Shown piece by piece: positions 1-9,678 of a stretch of DNA of 64,000 nt. Source of the stretch: Candidatus Latescibacterota bacterium (GTDB taxonomy: Bacteria > Latescibacterota > UBA2968 > GCA-2709665); NCBI GenBank assembly GCA_965205485.1, contig OZ242180.1, positions 257,449 to 321,448 on the forward strand, written 5' to 3'. The first letter of the stretch is position 1; each line of letters begins with the position of its first letter. Both the position numbers and the translations under genes were made by a program. The notes below the pieces were generated by a model. The model made no database searches. It was not told the origin of the DNA and saw nothing but the letters and a program-made list of their open reading frames with translations.

Positions 1-416
1 TCGCCGTACGGCCCAATCAGCGGATACAGGTGCGGGCGCACGAGATCCTTCCCGAAGCAATAGCTCGTAAAATCGGTACCGTCGATCCGCACCTGAATTC
101 TGCTTTCGGCCTCCGACAGTTCCACCCCGCCGCCGGACGATGTCGACCCCCCGGAATCCAGCTCATAGTCCGCTGTCTCTCCCGCCGGCATATCGTCCAC
201 AATCCAGCTTACGCGAACGCCATCGTCTTCGCTTTGTATCTGGCATGGCGTTGCGCCGCGCGGACCAGCCAGACCGACATTCCCTTCCCCGGTCCCGAGT
301 CGTTCCAGGAGGTCGACGTTCCGTTGCATCGTGCCCGGCCTCTTCACGAATACGGAGACCGGACAGTTGACTCGCCGGTGAGGTCCGGCCTGAACCTTGA
401 ACTTTAGATCCGACAC
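1..416 (-). CDS. DUF6807/PmoA-like family protein, N-terminal part (gene runs off the left edge)
   Basis: Absent from the ORF track because it has no stop in the window. The minus-strand frame opens at GTG 416, with AAGGGGG 4 nt upstream. It reads VSDLKFKVQAGPHRRVNCPVSV...RIQVRIDGTDFTSYCFGKDLVRPHLYPLIGPYG. The family call is from memory of proteins commonly found next to Gfo/Idh/MocA genes. Confidence 0.4.
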   Translation of the reverse strand, partial: MSDLKFKVQAGPHRRVNCPVSVFVKRPGTMQRNVDLLERLGTGEGNVGLAGPRGATPCQIQSEDDGVRVSWIVDDMPAGETADYELDSGGSTSSGGGVELSEAESRIQVRIDGTDFTSYCFGKDLVRPHLYPLIGPYG

Positions 417-541
417 ATTACCCCCTTAAAGAAGGAAGAAGGAAAAAAGAAGAAAGAAAAATTCGCTCCCGTCTTACGTCTCACCTCCTACGTCTCACCG
501 TCTTTAATAATCAATCGACCATCGATGTCAAGCGGATTCGC

Positions 542-570
542 TTGACGGAGCCCGGCCGAACCGCTATCTT
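542..570 (+). promoter_or_regulatory. candidate sigma70-type promoter of the thi operon
   Basis: TTGACG (542-547), a 17-nt spacer, then TATCTT (565-570). This places a start site about 7-10 nt before the riboswitch. Confidence 0.4.
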
Positions 571-579
571 TGTCCCTAT

Positions 580-662
580 AAAACGCAGGGGTGCTCGCCC
601 GCCGAGCTGAGAACATACCCTTTGAACCTGATCCGGATTATGCCGGCGCAGGGAGTCGAGGA
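580..662 (+). promoter_or_regulatory. TPP (THI-box) riboswitch aptamer
   Basis: Contains GGGGTGC...CTGAGA (608-613)...ACCCTTTGAACCTGATCCGGATTATGCCGGCGCAGGGA, matching the conserved THI element core. It lies directly upstream of thiamine biosynthesis genes. Confidence 0.85.
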
Positions 663-672
663 ACCGCACCCC

Positions 673-710
673 AGCCGCTTTTCGACCAGATCGAGGGCGG
701 CGGCTTTTTT
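673..710 (+). terminator. riboswitch expression-platform terminator
   Basis: AGCCGC (673-678) pairs with GCGGCT (700-705). An inner TCGA/TCGA stem with T-G wobbles sits inside, and the T6 run 705-710 overlaps the last stem base. Confidence 0.55.
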
Positions 711-834
711 AGAAGCTGTTTTCAAATTACCGGCGAGTTCCCGAGCGCGAGCGAAAAAGTGGCGGTTAAGAGGCACGAGGGGCGCGTAGTGCCGAGGCGC
801 GAGGGGCGCGCAGCGCCGACGGGAAAATCCGGCT

Positions 835-2097
835 ATGAGAGGCGAGCAAGCGCAGCCTCGATCTCGTACGACGGGTGGGTTTGACCAACGCCGACCGGCG
901 CTTTTGCAGCCGCGCGAAGACCGCTGGGAATTTCAAGACAGCTTCTTAGGACTGTATCAGTTGACATCGGACCGGATCATTATCGTCGGCGCCGGCATCA
1001 TCGGACTCGCCATCGGCTGGCGACTTGCCCGCGCGGGGCGGGACGTCCTGATCTTTGACCGGGACCGTGCGGGCCGGGCCGCCAGCCGGGCCTCGGCGGG
1101 TATGCTCTCGCCCCTTGCGGAGGTGCATCACGAAGAGGAAGCACTGCTGCGGCTTGGCCTGAAGAGCCTCGAGCAATTCCCGAGTTTTGTTACGGAACTC
1201 CAATCCGAGAGCGGATTGTCCGTCGGCTATCGCCCCGACGGCGTCCTTCTGGTGGGTGTCACACGAGACGATATCGAATATCTTCGTTTTCGCTACGACT
1301 ACCAGCGGCACCTCGGCCTTCCGGTGGAATGGATGAGCGGCGCCCAGGCGCGCGAGCGGGAGCCGCAGCTCTCGCCCCAGGTCGGCGCCGCGGTATGGTG
1401 CCCGGGAGACCACCAGGTGGACAATCGCCTCATGGTAAATGCCCTGCGGGAGGCCTTCCTGAAGGCCGATGGATCCCTCATGGAGTCCACGCCGGTCGAA
1501 ACCATCGACATTGCTCAGGAGCAGGTCCGCGGCATTGTCGCAGGAGACAGAGCGTACCAGGCGGCCACGATCATCCTCGCCGCTGGATGCTGGTCGCGTC
1601 TCATACCGGGCCTGCCCGGTGCCGCAAGACCGCCGGTCCGCCCCGTCCGCGGGCAGATTCTCCGCCTGCAAATGACCGGCGACTGCACCCTTAAGTCCAT
1701 TGTATGGTACAACCGGGCCGCGTCATCGACGGTCGCATACCTGTGTCCAAAGGACGGAGGACGTCTGGTGCTTGGGGCGACTTCCGAAGAAATGGGTTTC
1801 GACGACAACCTGACGGCAGGCGGTATCTTCGAACTCCTGCGCGCCGCGTGGGAAGTGGTTCCGGGAATCTACGACCTTCCCATCGTTGAATCCGCCGCCG
1901 GTCTTCGCCCGGGGAGCAGGGACGATGCGCCCATCCTCGGCAAAACCCCCATTCAAGGCCTCATTATGGCCACGGGCCATTACCGCAAGGGTGTCCTGCT
2001 TACCCCCGTCACCGCGTATTCCATTGCGGAACTGGTGCTGACCGGCAACACGCCCGAAGACATCCGGCCCTTCAACATCGACCGCTTCGCCGCCTGA
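835..2097 (+). CDS. thiO: glycine oxidase ThiO (FAD-dependent)
   Basis: Has the IIIVGAGIIGLAIGWRLARAG dinucleotide-binding motif and lies in a thiS/thiG context. 835 is the longest ATG start. An in-frame TTG at 961 would put GxGxxG at residues about 10-15, as in characterised ThiO, so the true start may be 961. Confidence 0.8.
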   Translation: MRGEQAQPRSRTTGGFDQRRPALLQPREDRWEFQDSFLGLYQLTSDRIIIVGAGIIGLAIGWRLARAGRDVLIFDRDRAGRAASRASAGMLSPLAEVHHEEEALLRLGLKSLEQFPSFVTELQSESGLSVGYRPDGVLLVGVTRDDIEYLRFRYDYQRHLGLPVEWMSGAQAREREPQLSPQVGAAVWCPGDHQVDNRLMVNALREAFLKADGSLMESTPVETIDIAQEQVRGIVAGDRAYQAATIILAAGCWSRLIPGLPGAARPPVRPVRGQILRLQMTGDCTLKSIVWYNRAASSTVAYLCPKDGGRLVLGATSEEMGFDDNLTAGGIFELLRAAWEVVPGIYDLPIVESAAGLRPGSRDDAPILGKTPIQGLIMATGHYRKGVLLTPVTAYSIAELVLTGNTPEDIRPFNIDRFAA

Positions 2098-2108
2098 GTC
2101 CTGACGCC

Positions 2109-2315
2109 ATGCAGATCACTTTGAACGGAGAAGACAAAAACGTCGAGAGTGGCATCTCCATCCGGGATCTGCTGATCGACCTTGCGCACGATCCGGACCG
2201 CAGGGGCATCGCGGTTGCGGTCAATGCCGAAATCGTTGTCAGGGCGAATTGGTCTTCAACGCGGCTCGGCAGCGGGGACCGGGTGGACATCATTGCCGCG
2301 GTCCAGGGTGGATAG
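2109..2315 (+). CDS. thiS: sulfur carrier protein ThiS
   Basis: 68 aa ending in GG: MQITLNGE...AAVQGG. Confidence 0.9.
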   Translation: MQITLNGEDKNVESGISIRDLLIDLAHDPDRRGIAVAVNAEIVVRANWSSTRLGSGDRVDIIAAVQGG

Positions 2316-2384
2316 TGTTCTGCCCACGGCGGGCGTCCGCTTCAGGTGGACCGTGTTTGCAAACTGTTGTCGCAAGAGGGACAT

Positions 2385-3164
2385 ATGTCTGATGGCCTGA
2401 CGATTGCCGGTACGACCTACGGCTCCCGGCTCATCATCGGGACCGCCCGGTATCCCAACATGCAGGTGATGCTGGACGCGATCCGGGCAAGCGGCGCGGA
2501 AATCGTCACTGTGGGCATCCGTCGAATCAACCTGGAGGATCCCTCCGGCGAGAGCCTGATCGATCTGATCGACCGGGAAAAGTACGAACTGTTGCCGAAC
2601 ACCGCCGGATGTTTTACCGCCCGGGACGCCGTGCTTACGGCCAGGCTCGCGCGCGAAGCCCTGGAAACCGACCTGATCAAACTGGAGGTGATCGGAGACG
2701 AGGACACCCTCTTCCCCGACGTCGCGGGGCTGCTGGAGGCGACGGACGAACTGATCCGGGACGGCTTTACGGTGTTGCCCTACTGCAACGACGACCCTGT
2801 GACCTGCAAGAAACTGGAAGACGCCGGCTGCGCGGCGGTGATGCCGCTCGGCGCGCCCATCGGTTCGGGAATGGGCATTCGCAACCCCTACAATCTCCGC
2901 ATTATCCTCGACACGGTCAACGTCCCAGTGATCGTCGACGCGGGGGTGGGAACCGCGTCCGACGCCGCCGTGGCGATGGAACTGGGATGCCACGGCGTGA
3001 TGCTGAATACGGCCGTGTCAGGCGCCCGCCATCCCGTCCTTATGGCTGAAGCCATGGGTCAGGCCGTTCGTGCAGGCCGGCTCGCGTACGAGGCCGGACG
3101 CATCCCGAAAAAGCTGTACGCCACGGCCTCCACCCCGATGGAAGGCACGGTCACCCATGAATGA
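2385..3164 (+). CDS. thiG: thiazole synthase ThiG
   Basis: [25 protein letters not shown]...KLEVIGD...[14 protein letters not shown] 2385 is preceded by AAGAGGGA; the track start at 2346 is a longer alternative. Confidence 0.9.
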   Translation: MSDGLTIAGTTYGSRLIIGTARYPNMQVMLDAIRASGAEIVTVGIRRINLEDPSGESLIDLIDREKYELLPNTAGCFTARDAVLTARLAREALETDLIKLEVIGDEDTLFPDVAGLLEATDELIRDGFTVLPYCNDDPVTCKKLEDAGCAAVMPLGAPIGSGMGIRNPYNLRIILDTVNVPVIVDAGVGTASDAAVAMELGCHGVMLNTAVSGARHPVLMAEAMGQAVRAGRLAYEAGRIPKKLYATASTPMEGTVTHE

Positions 3165-3822
3165 GCCAGAGGATGTACAGAGCCTGCCGCCCGTCTATCT
3201 GATTGCGGATCGGGCGACGTGCGCGCCCCGCAACCTGGAAGACGTCCTCGCGGAGGCGCTGGACGCGGGTGTCCGCCTCGTCCAGTTGCGTGAAAAACAC
3301 CTCGAAATGCGAGAGCTCCGCCATCTTGCGGCGCGTCTCCGGAGGCGGGCCTCGAACTACGAAGCGCACCTGCTCGTCAACACGCATGCCGGGCTCGCGC
3401 GTGATATCGGCGCCGCGGGCGTCCACCTCCCCTCATCGGGGCCGGCGCCGTGGACAATCCGGAGACAATACGGGGACCGCATGCTCATTGGCCGCTCAAC
3501 CCACAACCGTAAGGAATGTGGAGAGGCCGACGGCGCGAATTTCGTGACGTTCAGCCCGATCTACAGTCCGAACTCCAAACCCGGATACGGTCACGGGGCG
3601 GGACCCCTGGCCCTTCGCCCCGTCACAGAGGGTTCGTCCCTCCCTGTATACGCACTGGGCGGCATCACGCCCCGGCGGGTTGCGGCATGCAAGAGAAACG
3701 GCGCCGCGGGCATTGCGGTGATGTCGGGAATTCTCGCCGCCGGGCACGTCGGGTCCGCGGCGAGGGCCTATCTCGAGGCCTGGGCGTCCGCACCCGGCCC
3801 GCGCCACCCAAAGTTGTCATGA
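3157..3822 (+). CDS. ThiE-fold paralog lacking the ThiE metal-binding Asp motif; TenI-like (thiazole tautomerase) candidate
   Basis: Has VQLREK, but [13 protein letters not shown] replaces the ThiE motif NDRxD. VHLPSSG, GRSTH and VMSGIL resemble B. subtilis TenI. ATG 3157 overlaps the thiG stop (ATGAATGA). Confidence 0.6.
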   Translation: MNEPEDVQSLPPVYLIADRATCAPRNLEDVLAEALDAGVRLVQLREKHLEMRELRHLAARLRRRASNYEAHLLVNTHAGLARDIGAAGVHLPSSGPAPWTIRRQYGDRMLIGRSTHNRKECGEADGANFVTFSPIYSPNSKPGYGHGAGPLALRPVTEGSSLPVYALGGITPRRVAACKRNGAAGIAVMSGILAAGHVGSAARAYLEAWASAPGPRHPKLS

Positions 3823-4616
3823 AACAGGTCCTCACCATTGCCGGGTCCGACTCCGGCGGGGGTGCCGGTGTTCAGGCCGACCTAAAGTCCTTTCACGCCA
3901 ACGGCGTCTACGGCCTCTCGGTCGTCGCGGCCGTGACGGCGCAGAACACGAGGGAGGTCATAGAATCGTTCGAACTGCCCGCGGACGTCGTCGAATCGCA
4001 GATCGACGCGGTTTTCGATGACTTCGAAGTCTCAGCGGTCAAGACCGGGATGCTGTCTTCGAAGCGGGTTGTCGACGTCGTCGCCGGGAGACTCGCCGAA
4101 CGCGGCGCACCCAACCTCGTCGTCGATCCGGTGATGATCTCTTCCAGCGGCTTCGACCTGCTTGAACCTGAAGCCGTTGCAAGCGTCAAGGAACGCCTTC
4201 TTCCCCTGGCCTCGCTCGTCACGCCCAACCTGCGCGAGGCTCAGGCGCTGGCGGGCATGCCAGTCGACAATCTGGACAGCGCGAAGCAGGCGGCGCGCAC
4301 CATATTCGAATCGGGTTGCGGGGCAGTGCTGGTTAAAGGCGGCCATCTTTGCGATCCCCGTTCCGCGGTTGACGTTTTGTTCGACGGGACCGGCGAAACC
4401 ATTTTCTCCGGGGCACGGATTCCCGGCGCGAGCACGCATGGTACGGGTTGTACCCTGTCCGCCGCGATCGCGGCGAATCTCGCCACGGGCCAACGTCTGG
4501 TACCTGCAATCGAAAACGCGAAGGCCTACGTCACCGAAGCCATTCGCCACGGACTTTCCATTGGCAGGGGACGCGGCCCCACTCATCACTTTTTCTTCCT
4601 CGACCGCGAACCATGA
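3819..4616 (+). CDS. thiD: hydroxymethylpyrimidine/phosphomethylpyrimidine kinase ThiD
   Basis: [25 protein letters not shown]...THGTGCTLSAAIAA. ATGA overlap with the upstream stop. Confidence 0.9.
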   Translation: MKQVLTIAGSDSGGGAGVQADLKSFHANGVYGLSVVAAVTAQNTREVIESFELPADVVESQIDAVFDDFEVSAVKTGMLSSKRVVDVVAGRLAERGAPNLVVDPVMISSSGFDLLEPEAVASVKERLLPLASLVTPNLREAQALAGMPVDNLDSAKQAARTIFESGCGAVLVKGGHLCDPRSAVDVLFDGTGETIFSGARIPGASTHGTGCTLSAAIAANLATGQRLVPAIENAKAYVTEAIRHGLSIGRGRGPTHHFFFLDREP

Positions 4617-5293
4617 AGAAGATCGGCGCCCTCCACGTTCTCACCGACACCGTTCTGCAGTCCCGCCACACCCACGCCGAACTGGCACGGATGGCCGTCG
4701 CCGGCGGCGCGGACGCCGTGCAGTACCGCCAGAAAGGCGGAGAAACCCGCGGGATGATCGAGACCGCGCGGGCGATGTGCGACATCTGCGCGGCGTCGGG
4801 TGTCCCCCTCATCGTCAACGACAGGGTCGACGTGGCCCTCGCCGCTGAAGCCGACGGCGTTCACCTGGGCCAGGAGGATTTCCCGGTTGCGCTGGCCAGA
4901 AATCTGCTTGGGGCCGGGCGGATCATCGGCGTGTCCGCCGGGAATCCGGATGAAGCGCGGAAAGGCATCGCGGACGGCGCGGATTACGTGGGTTTCGGAC
5001 CCATCTTTCCAACCGGCTCAAAAAGCGACGCAGGAGAAGCACAGGGACTCAGAAAGCTGGCCGATTTCACCCGCGCCGTCCGGGCGCCCGTCATTGCCAT
5101 CGGCGGTATCGGTGCAGGAAACGCGGCAGGTGTGTTGCGATCGGGCGCCGACGGCTTCGCGGTCATATCGGCCGTCTGCTGTCAGGCCGACCCGGAAACC
5201 GCAACCCGAAATCTGGGCGTACTCATCAGGGAATCAGGAATTCGGGACCGTGACGACCAACATCTTCGACCTCCCGACCGCTCTCGGGGCTGA
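4613..5293 (+). CDS. thiE: thiamine-phosphate synthase ThiE
   Basis: VQYRQK, LIVNDRVDVALA, GVHLGQED and GPIFPTGSK motifs. ATGA overlap with the thiD stop. Confidence 0.85.
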   Translation: MKKIGALHVLTDTVLQSRHTHAELARMAVAGGADAVQYRQKGGETRGMIETARAMCDICAASGVPLIVNDRVDVALAAEADGVHLGQEDFPVALARNLLGAGRIIGVSAGNPDEARKGIADGADYVGFGPIFPTGSKSDAGEAQGLRKLADFTRAVRAPVIAIGGIGAGNAAGVLRSGADGFAVISAVCCQADPETATRNLGVLIRESGIRDRDDQHLRPPDRSRG

Positions 5294-5547
5294 TCCGCCC
5301 TGTTTATGGATTGCTGTACACGGGAAGTTGACATGAGGGCAAACCGGCCACCACGCAGCGTCAGATGGACGGGCCTTTTCCCGTTGACATCTCGTCCACA
5401 CGGTTCTATCTTTTTGCGCAAGCCATTGCCCAGGCACCAGAGGTAGCCAACCTTCAGCGGCACCTGAAAATCGTTCAGTCGATCGTCAGCCCGCGTACAC
5501 CACTACCTTGGGGCCTCTGGTAATGGCCTTTTTTTGCGAGTTGATGT

Positions 5548-8500
5548 TTATGGTATGATCCTGTGGGCCGATCGCATGACCGTGAACCGGTCGCCCGCAT
5601 TCAGATCGCATGCCATGAACCTGTCTCCGACGTTCAGGCCGGCAACCGAACATTGGTCGTTGAACCGGAAATAAGTCAACGTATCGCTCGCCGGCGCTCC
5701 TTCGCCCGACGTTGTCGCAAACCGGCGTTCTTCCGGCTTCAGGATATTGGGACCGGCCGTCTCGATCGCCCCAACGGCTCTTCCTCCCGCACGGATCGCC
5801 TTGCCGTCAAACAGTCCCGGGCACGCTTTCAGCTTGGTCATACACGTGTCCGTCGCGAACAGGCCTTTCGCCCGGTCCACGGACTGCACCACGCCCTCCG
5901 ACAGATTGAACGACATGTGCAATCCCAACCTGTAACGGTTCCCGTCCACCGCTTCAGCGGTGAGGACCTCGTAGCTGGAATTACAGGTGTACGCGGGATT
6001 CCTGAAGACGACCATATCCCCTTCCGCGATCCTGTTCCCCGAATCCAGAGCGACAATGACGGACCGGTCTTTCGGAGCGATTGACTCGATCCGTCCGGCC
6101 GGTATCGCGCCGCACTCGAGGACGTCGTCTCCAAATCGCAGCCGGATACCCTGCACGATCTGCAGGTCGCGCCGGCCCGACTCGTGTATGGCAATCCTCG
6201 CCACCTCCCCGTCGAAGGCCACGGGAATCCCGTCGATCTCCGCCGTGCAGACCGCCCCGTTCTCCATCCCGCGAAACACGCAATCGACTCGTCCGTCCAC
6301 ACGGATCTTTACGCCGATGCCGCCGGAGACTTCCAACGCTTCCACCGACCTGACGAACGGTTCGCTCTGGAAGGGCTCCAGCACGCCAGTGAAGACCGAC
6401 TCGCCACCGCCCGATTGTCTGACCGCCACGCTGGCGTCCCATGGGCTCTGACCGAAAAACCCGAATCCTTCTCCCTTGCCGTTTACAATTTCTCTTTCGG
6501 CCTGCCCGGCCATCGTCAGCCGGAACCCCGTATTCTCCTCGTCCCCCGCACGCCACGTGGCAGACCATTCGCGATCGCACAGCGTCCGGCTCACATCCTT
6601 GATGTATCCCAGGCCCGGCAAGGTCGCGAATGCCACGTCTTCCCCCGCTGCGGTGCCCCGGGCCTGGCGCACCGTGTCAGTATCCGCCGGGAATTCCATC
6701 CTGAAATTCTCACCGTCATCCCCGCTCAGGCTTCGGAACATGTAGTCGTGCGTGGATCCACCTTTTACACGGAATAGGTCGACGATATAGGCGTCCGAGC
6801 CGGGCGCGTCCACCATCACAAGCGTCCGTTCGTATACCTCAGCGCATCCAGGATACGCCGCTTCTCCCGATGCGCAGACGGCCTGCATTCCCGGAGTACG
6901 CCCGTAGAACCGCAGGCTGCCCGTGGCGATCTCCTGAGCCTGCCCGTCGATGCAGACGGTGGCATGGCTGGCGGTATGCTTCTCCCAGCCGTCCACCTTG
7001 TCGTGGGTAAAGGTCGTCGGATACCCCAGATCGCAAGCGAGATCGTACCCGAAGGTGATCAGGTTGATCCCCAGCTTGTCCCGGTGTCCGTGCCCGCTGC
7101 TGCCCTTGCCGTAGTTCAAAACGAGGTGCTTCCTCGTCGCAACGTCGCATCCCGTTCTCAGGATCGCGATACCCGAATCGTGAAAGAGGGTCGTACGCGG
7201 AACGTACGGCGCGGTTGTTCCCCGGATCGACTCCGCGTGGAACAGCAGATTGGCATCGGCGTACCGCTCTCTGATCCCGTCCACGTCCCCATCGGACATG
7301 GCGAGCAGACGGTTCCGATATTCGTCATCCCCTGTGTGGATATATGCCAGTTCTTCAACATCGCAATTCGCGAGCGGATCCAGCACCTTGATCCTCAAAT
7401 CGCCGCCGCCCGTATCGCCGATCGAGGGAATCCTGCCGTCACAGTAAATGTCCCGGGCGAATTCTATGGACTCCCGGATTCGTAGGCGGGAATCCAGATG
7501 CCGGTCCGTGCCCTTCATCGAAAACAGGCGATCCAGAATCGTCCGCGTAATCGAACTCACCGAGTACCCGGGCGCATCGTACCACCATTTGCCGTCCCTG
7601 AACGTGTTGTTGGTCAGATTGACGGCCAGTCCGTACCGGCCTTCGATGGCCTCCTCGACCATCTCCTCGTTGCCGAGCATGGTTCCAAGCGCCCAGAGTA
7701 CCAATCCCTCCCGAATGATGTAGTCTCCCGTCTGGATCGCCATCGCCCGGTGCAGCCACTCGTACATGTAGCCGAACAGATTGTGACGGATATTGTAGCG
7801 GATGTCCTCGAAATCCACGCGCCCGTCCCCGTTGTAGTCGCAGTCGCCCTTTGACTTGAAGAATTCCAGTAGCGCTTCGTCACGCAACATTGAGTCCGTC
7901 ACCAGGCCGTAAGCCGTCATACAATTGTATATCGGCATTTCCTCCCAGCTCACCTGCACGAGGTAGCCGCGTGTTAGCGGACGTTGTTCGTCAACCGTGC
8001 CATTGTAGGACCGGTAGACCTCCGCCAGCCTGTTCAGCATGACACCGGCTATATGAGCGTACCGGTCGTCGCTCGTGATCGCGAAGGCGCGCGACAACTG
8101 AAGCAGGGCCGTGCCGCCGGTATAGGCCTCGGGAGAAGCGATCGTCAACTCATAGGGATGAAAGAACAGTTTCGAGAGAACGTAGTATCGCCACGCGGAA
8201 TTGAAGTGGTAGATGGTCCCCGGATTGGCGAAACCCTCCGGCGCGATCCAGCCGTCATCGTCGTCCCAAACCTCCACGGGCTTGCCCGTGGCCGGATTGT
8301 GTACGACTGCCCCGTTGTGCCACCACTCGCCTCCGATGACGCACTGCCAGCGGTACTCCAGCGCCGTATTCGTCCGCATGCACTTGCGTCCGCCTCCGTG
8401 GATCGGACAGCCCCGCTCGTAGCTGGGCGAGATCGCGCGCGGATTCTGCGTGGGTATCATCCTGTAGATGAACTCATCGTCCTTGTCCAGCCACCACGAC

Positions 8501-9186
8501 GCGTCCTTCAGGATTTCCTCCGCCTGCGCCCTGCCCCACTTCGAGGAAGCACGGTTCCGCCTGGCTCTCGCGATTTCCGGGGCACCGACCGGTCCGACTG
8601 TCGGACGCTCGACTGGCGACCGGTCAATCCGATCCAGCACCTCCAGGGTGATCTCACGCCTTGACCTTCGAAAATTGTCCTCCCATTCCACGCGGAGCGA
8701 GTCCCGGATCTTCAGATAGTCCACCGCCCGACCTTCCACGAATTCGCCGTATACCTCAAACTGCGCCACGTGCATCCGGCCCGGCGTGGATTCCGGTCCT
8801 CCATCGGCGTCCTGCCATACGCGTACCGCCTCCACCTGAACGGGTTCGAATGACAACACGGTCTTTGGCTCCGGCTCCGGTATCCGCGCAGTCGCGATGG
8901 TAATCCAGGCGCCTTCAACCCATCCCTGAACCAAGACCGTACGTGAGGACTCGGGGATACGCCCCCTCCCCCAGTAGATCTCAACACGCTCAACGCGGCC
9001 GACCCTGGGAAACACGATCGCCGCCCACTGCGGCAGTTGTTCCGCCGCCGAGACCCAGGCCGTGTCGCTCGTGGCGGCTGCTTCACCCGGCCTGATTCCA
9101 TCGTTGATCCTGGAGGCGTGGTGGTTGTACGCGATGCTGCTCACGTACGGCCTGCTGCCATTACTCAACAGTGCCAGATTCGACAT
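5548..9186 (-). CDS. heparinase II/III-like protein with an N-terminal discoidin-like domain
   Basis: The C-terminal part has SSGHGHRDKLGINLITFGYDLACDLGYP...HATVCIDGQAQ, a Hepar_II_III-like motif. The N-terminus (ASRINDG...WVSAAEQLPQWAAIVFP...VERVEIYWG) resembles F5/8 type C. ATG 9186 has GGAG upstream; the track start 9276 is the longest alternative. No obvious signal peptide. Confidence 0.6.
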   Translation of the reverse strand: MSNLALLSNGSRPYVSSIAYNHHASRINDGIRPGEAAATSDTAWVSAAEQLPQWAAIVFPRVGRVERVEIYWGRGRIPESSRTVLVQGWVEGAWITIATARIPEPEPKTVLSFEPVQVEAVRVWQDADGGPESTPGRMHVAQFEVYGEFVEGRAVDYLKIRDSLRVEWEDNFRRSRREITLEVLDRIDRSPVERPTVGPVGAPEIARARRNRASSKWGRAQAEEILKDASWWLDKDDEFIYRMIPTQNPRAISPSYERGCPIHGGGRKCMRTNTALEYRWQCVIGGEWWHNGAVVHNPATGKPVEVWDDDDGWIAPEGFANPGTIYHFNSAWRYYVLSKLFFHPYELTIASPEAYTGGTALLQLSRAFAITSDDRYAHIAGVMLNRLAEVYRSYNGTVDEQRPLTRGYLVQVSWEEMPIYNCMTAYGLVTDSMLRDEALLEFFKSKGDCDYNGDGRVDFEDIRYNIRHNLFGYMYEWLHRAMAIQTGDYIIREGLVLWALGTMLGNEEMVEEAIEGRYGLAVNLTNNTFRDGKWWYDAPGYSVSSITRTILDRLFSMKGTDRHLDSRLRIRESIEFARDIYCDGRIPSIGDTGGGDLRIKVLDPLANCDVEELAYIHTGDDEYRNRLLAMSDGDVDGIRERYADANLLFHAESIRGTTAPYVPRTTLFHDSGIAILRTGCDVATRKHLVLNYGKGSSGHGHRDKLGINLITFGYDLACDLGYPTTFTHDKVDGWEKHTASHATVCIDGQAQEIATGSLRFYGRTPGMQAVCASGEAAYPGCAEVYERTLVMVDAPGSDAYIVDLFRVKGGSTHDYMFRSLSGDDGENFRMEFPADTDTVRQARGTAAGEDVAFATLPGLGYIKDVSRTLCDREWSATWRAGDEENTGFRLTMAGQAEREIVNGKGEGFGFFGQSPWDASVAVRQSGGGESVFTGVLEPFQSEPFVRSVEALEVSGGIGVKIRVDGRVDCVFRGMENGAVCTAEIDGIPVAFDGEVARIAIHESGRRDLQIVQGIRLRFGDDVLECGAIPAGRIESIAPKDRSVIVALDSGNRIAEGDMVVFRNPAYTCNSSYEVLTAEAVDGNRYRLGLHMSFNLSEGVVQSVDRAKGLFATDTCMTKLKACPGLFDGKAIRAGGRAVGAIETAGPNILKPEERRFATTSGEGAPASDTLTYFRFNDQCSVAGLNVGDRFMACDLNAGDRFTVMRSAHRIIP

Positions 9187-9324
9187 GACTCGACTCCATA
9201 CGAGAAATATCAGGTTCGATGCGCCGAAAAATCGCAAGAAAGTGGATTCCAGACCAAGTTTTGTACCGGAGGACAAGCCTTCTGACTTGACATCATGGGC
9301 GTTTCTGTATGATTCTATTGCAGA

Positions 9325-9561
9325 TCACGGCTGTCCAGGAACAAAGTGGCCTTCCCAGCGACCAAGATTGTGCTCATTCGGTCCCGAGGTAGTCACGAAT
9401 GCCTTTCCCGGGAGCGAGGGCATCCTGCCCTCGACGGCCAATTCACGAGGCTCTCGCGGCGTCATCTTCAATATTGTATCGGATACAAAGGAAACAAAAT
9501 GCCCTTGAAGGGGGTACTGATCGGTCACGAAGAGTCCGAGGGCAGGATGCCCTCGCTCCGG
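9325..9561. repeat. REP-like composite element, copy A
   Basis: Structure: TCACGGCTGTCCAGGA ... CCCGGGAGCGAGGGCATCCTGCCCTCGACG ... CCGAGGGCAGGATGCCCTCGCTCCGG. The same architecture occurs inverted at 45313-45516. Confidence 0.75.
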
Positions 9562-9678
9562 AAACGGACGTTAGATCGTCCCGTCGGTACCGCGATGTGT
9601 AAACTATACTGCAACCGAAACGATCTGCTGCATGGACTCATTTGATGCCAAGGGAAATCGCACGAGGTGAATTGCAGA

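Noticed and set aside
30-407. 125-aa plus-strand ORF at the left edge
   Set aside because: The opposite strand encodes a better candidate that has an RBS and a recognisable family-like C-terminal motif. The plus-strand product is Arg/Pro-rich with no motifs.
5490-5530. Terminator for the thi operon (GGCC...GGCC followed by T7)
   Set aside because: The stem is only about 4 bp and lies more than 200 nt after the thiE stop. It is too weak to annotate.
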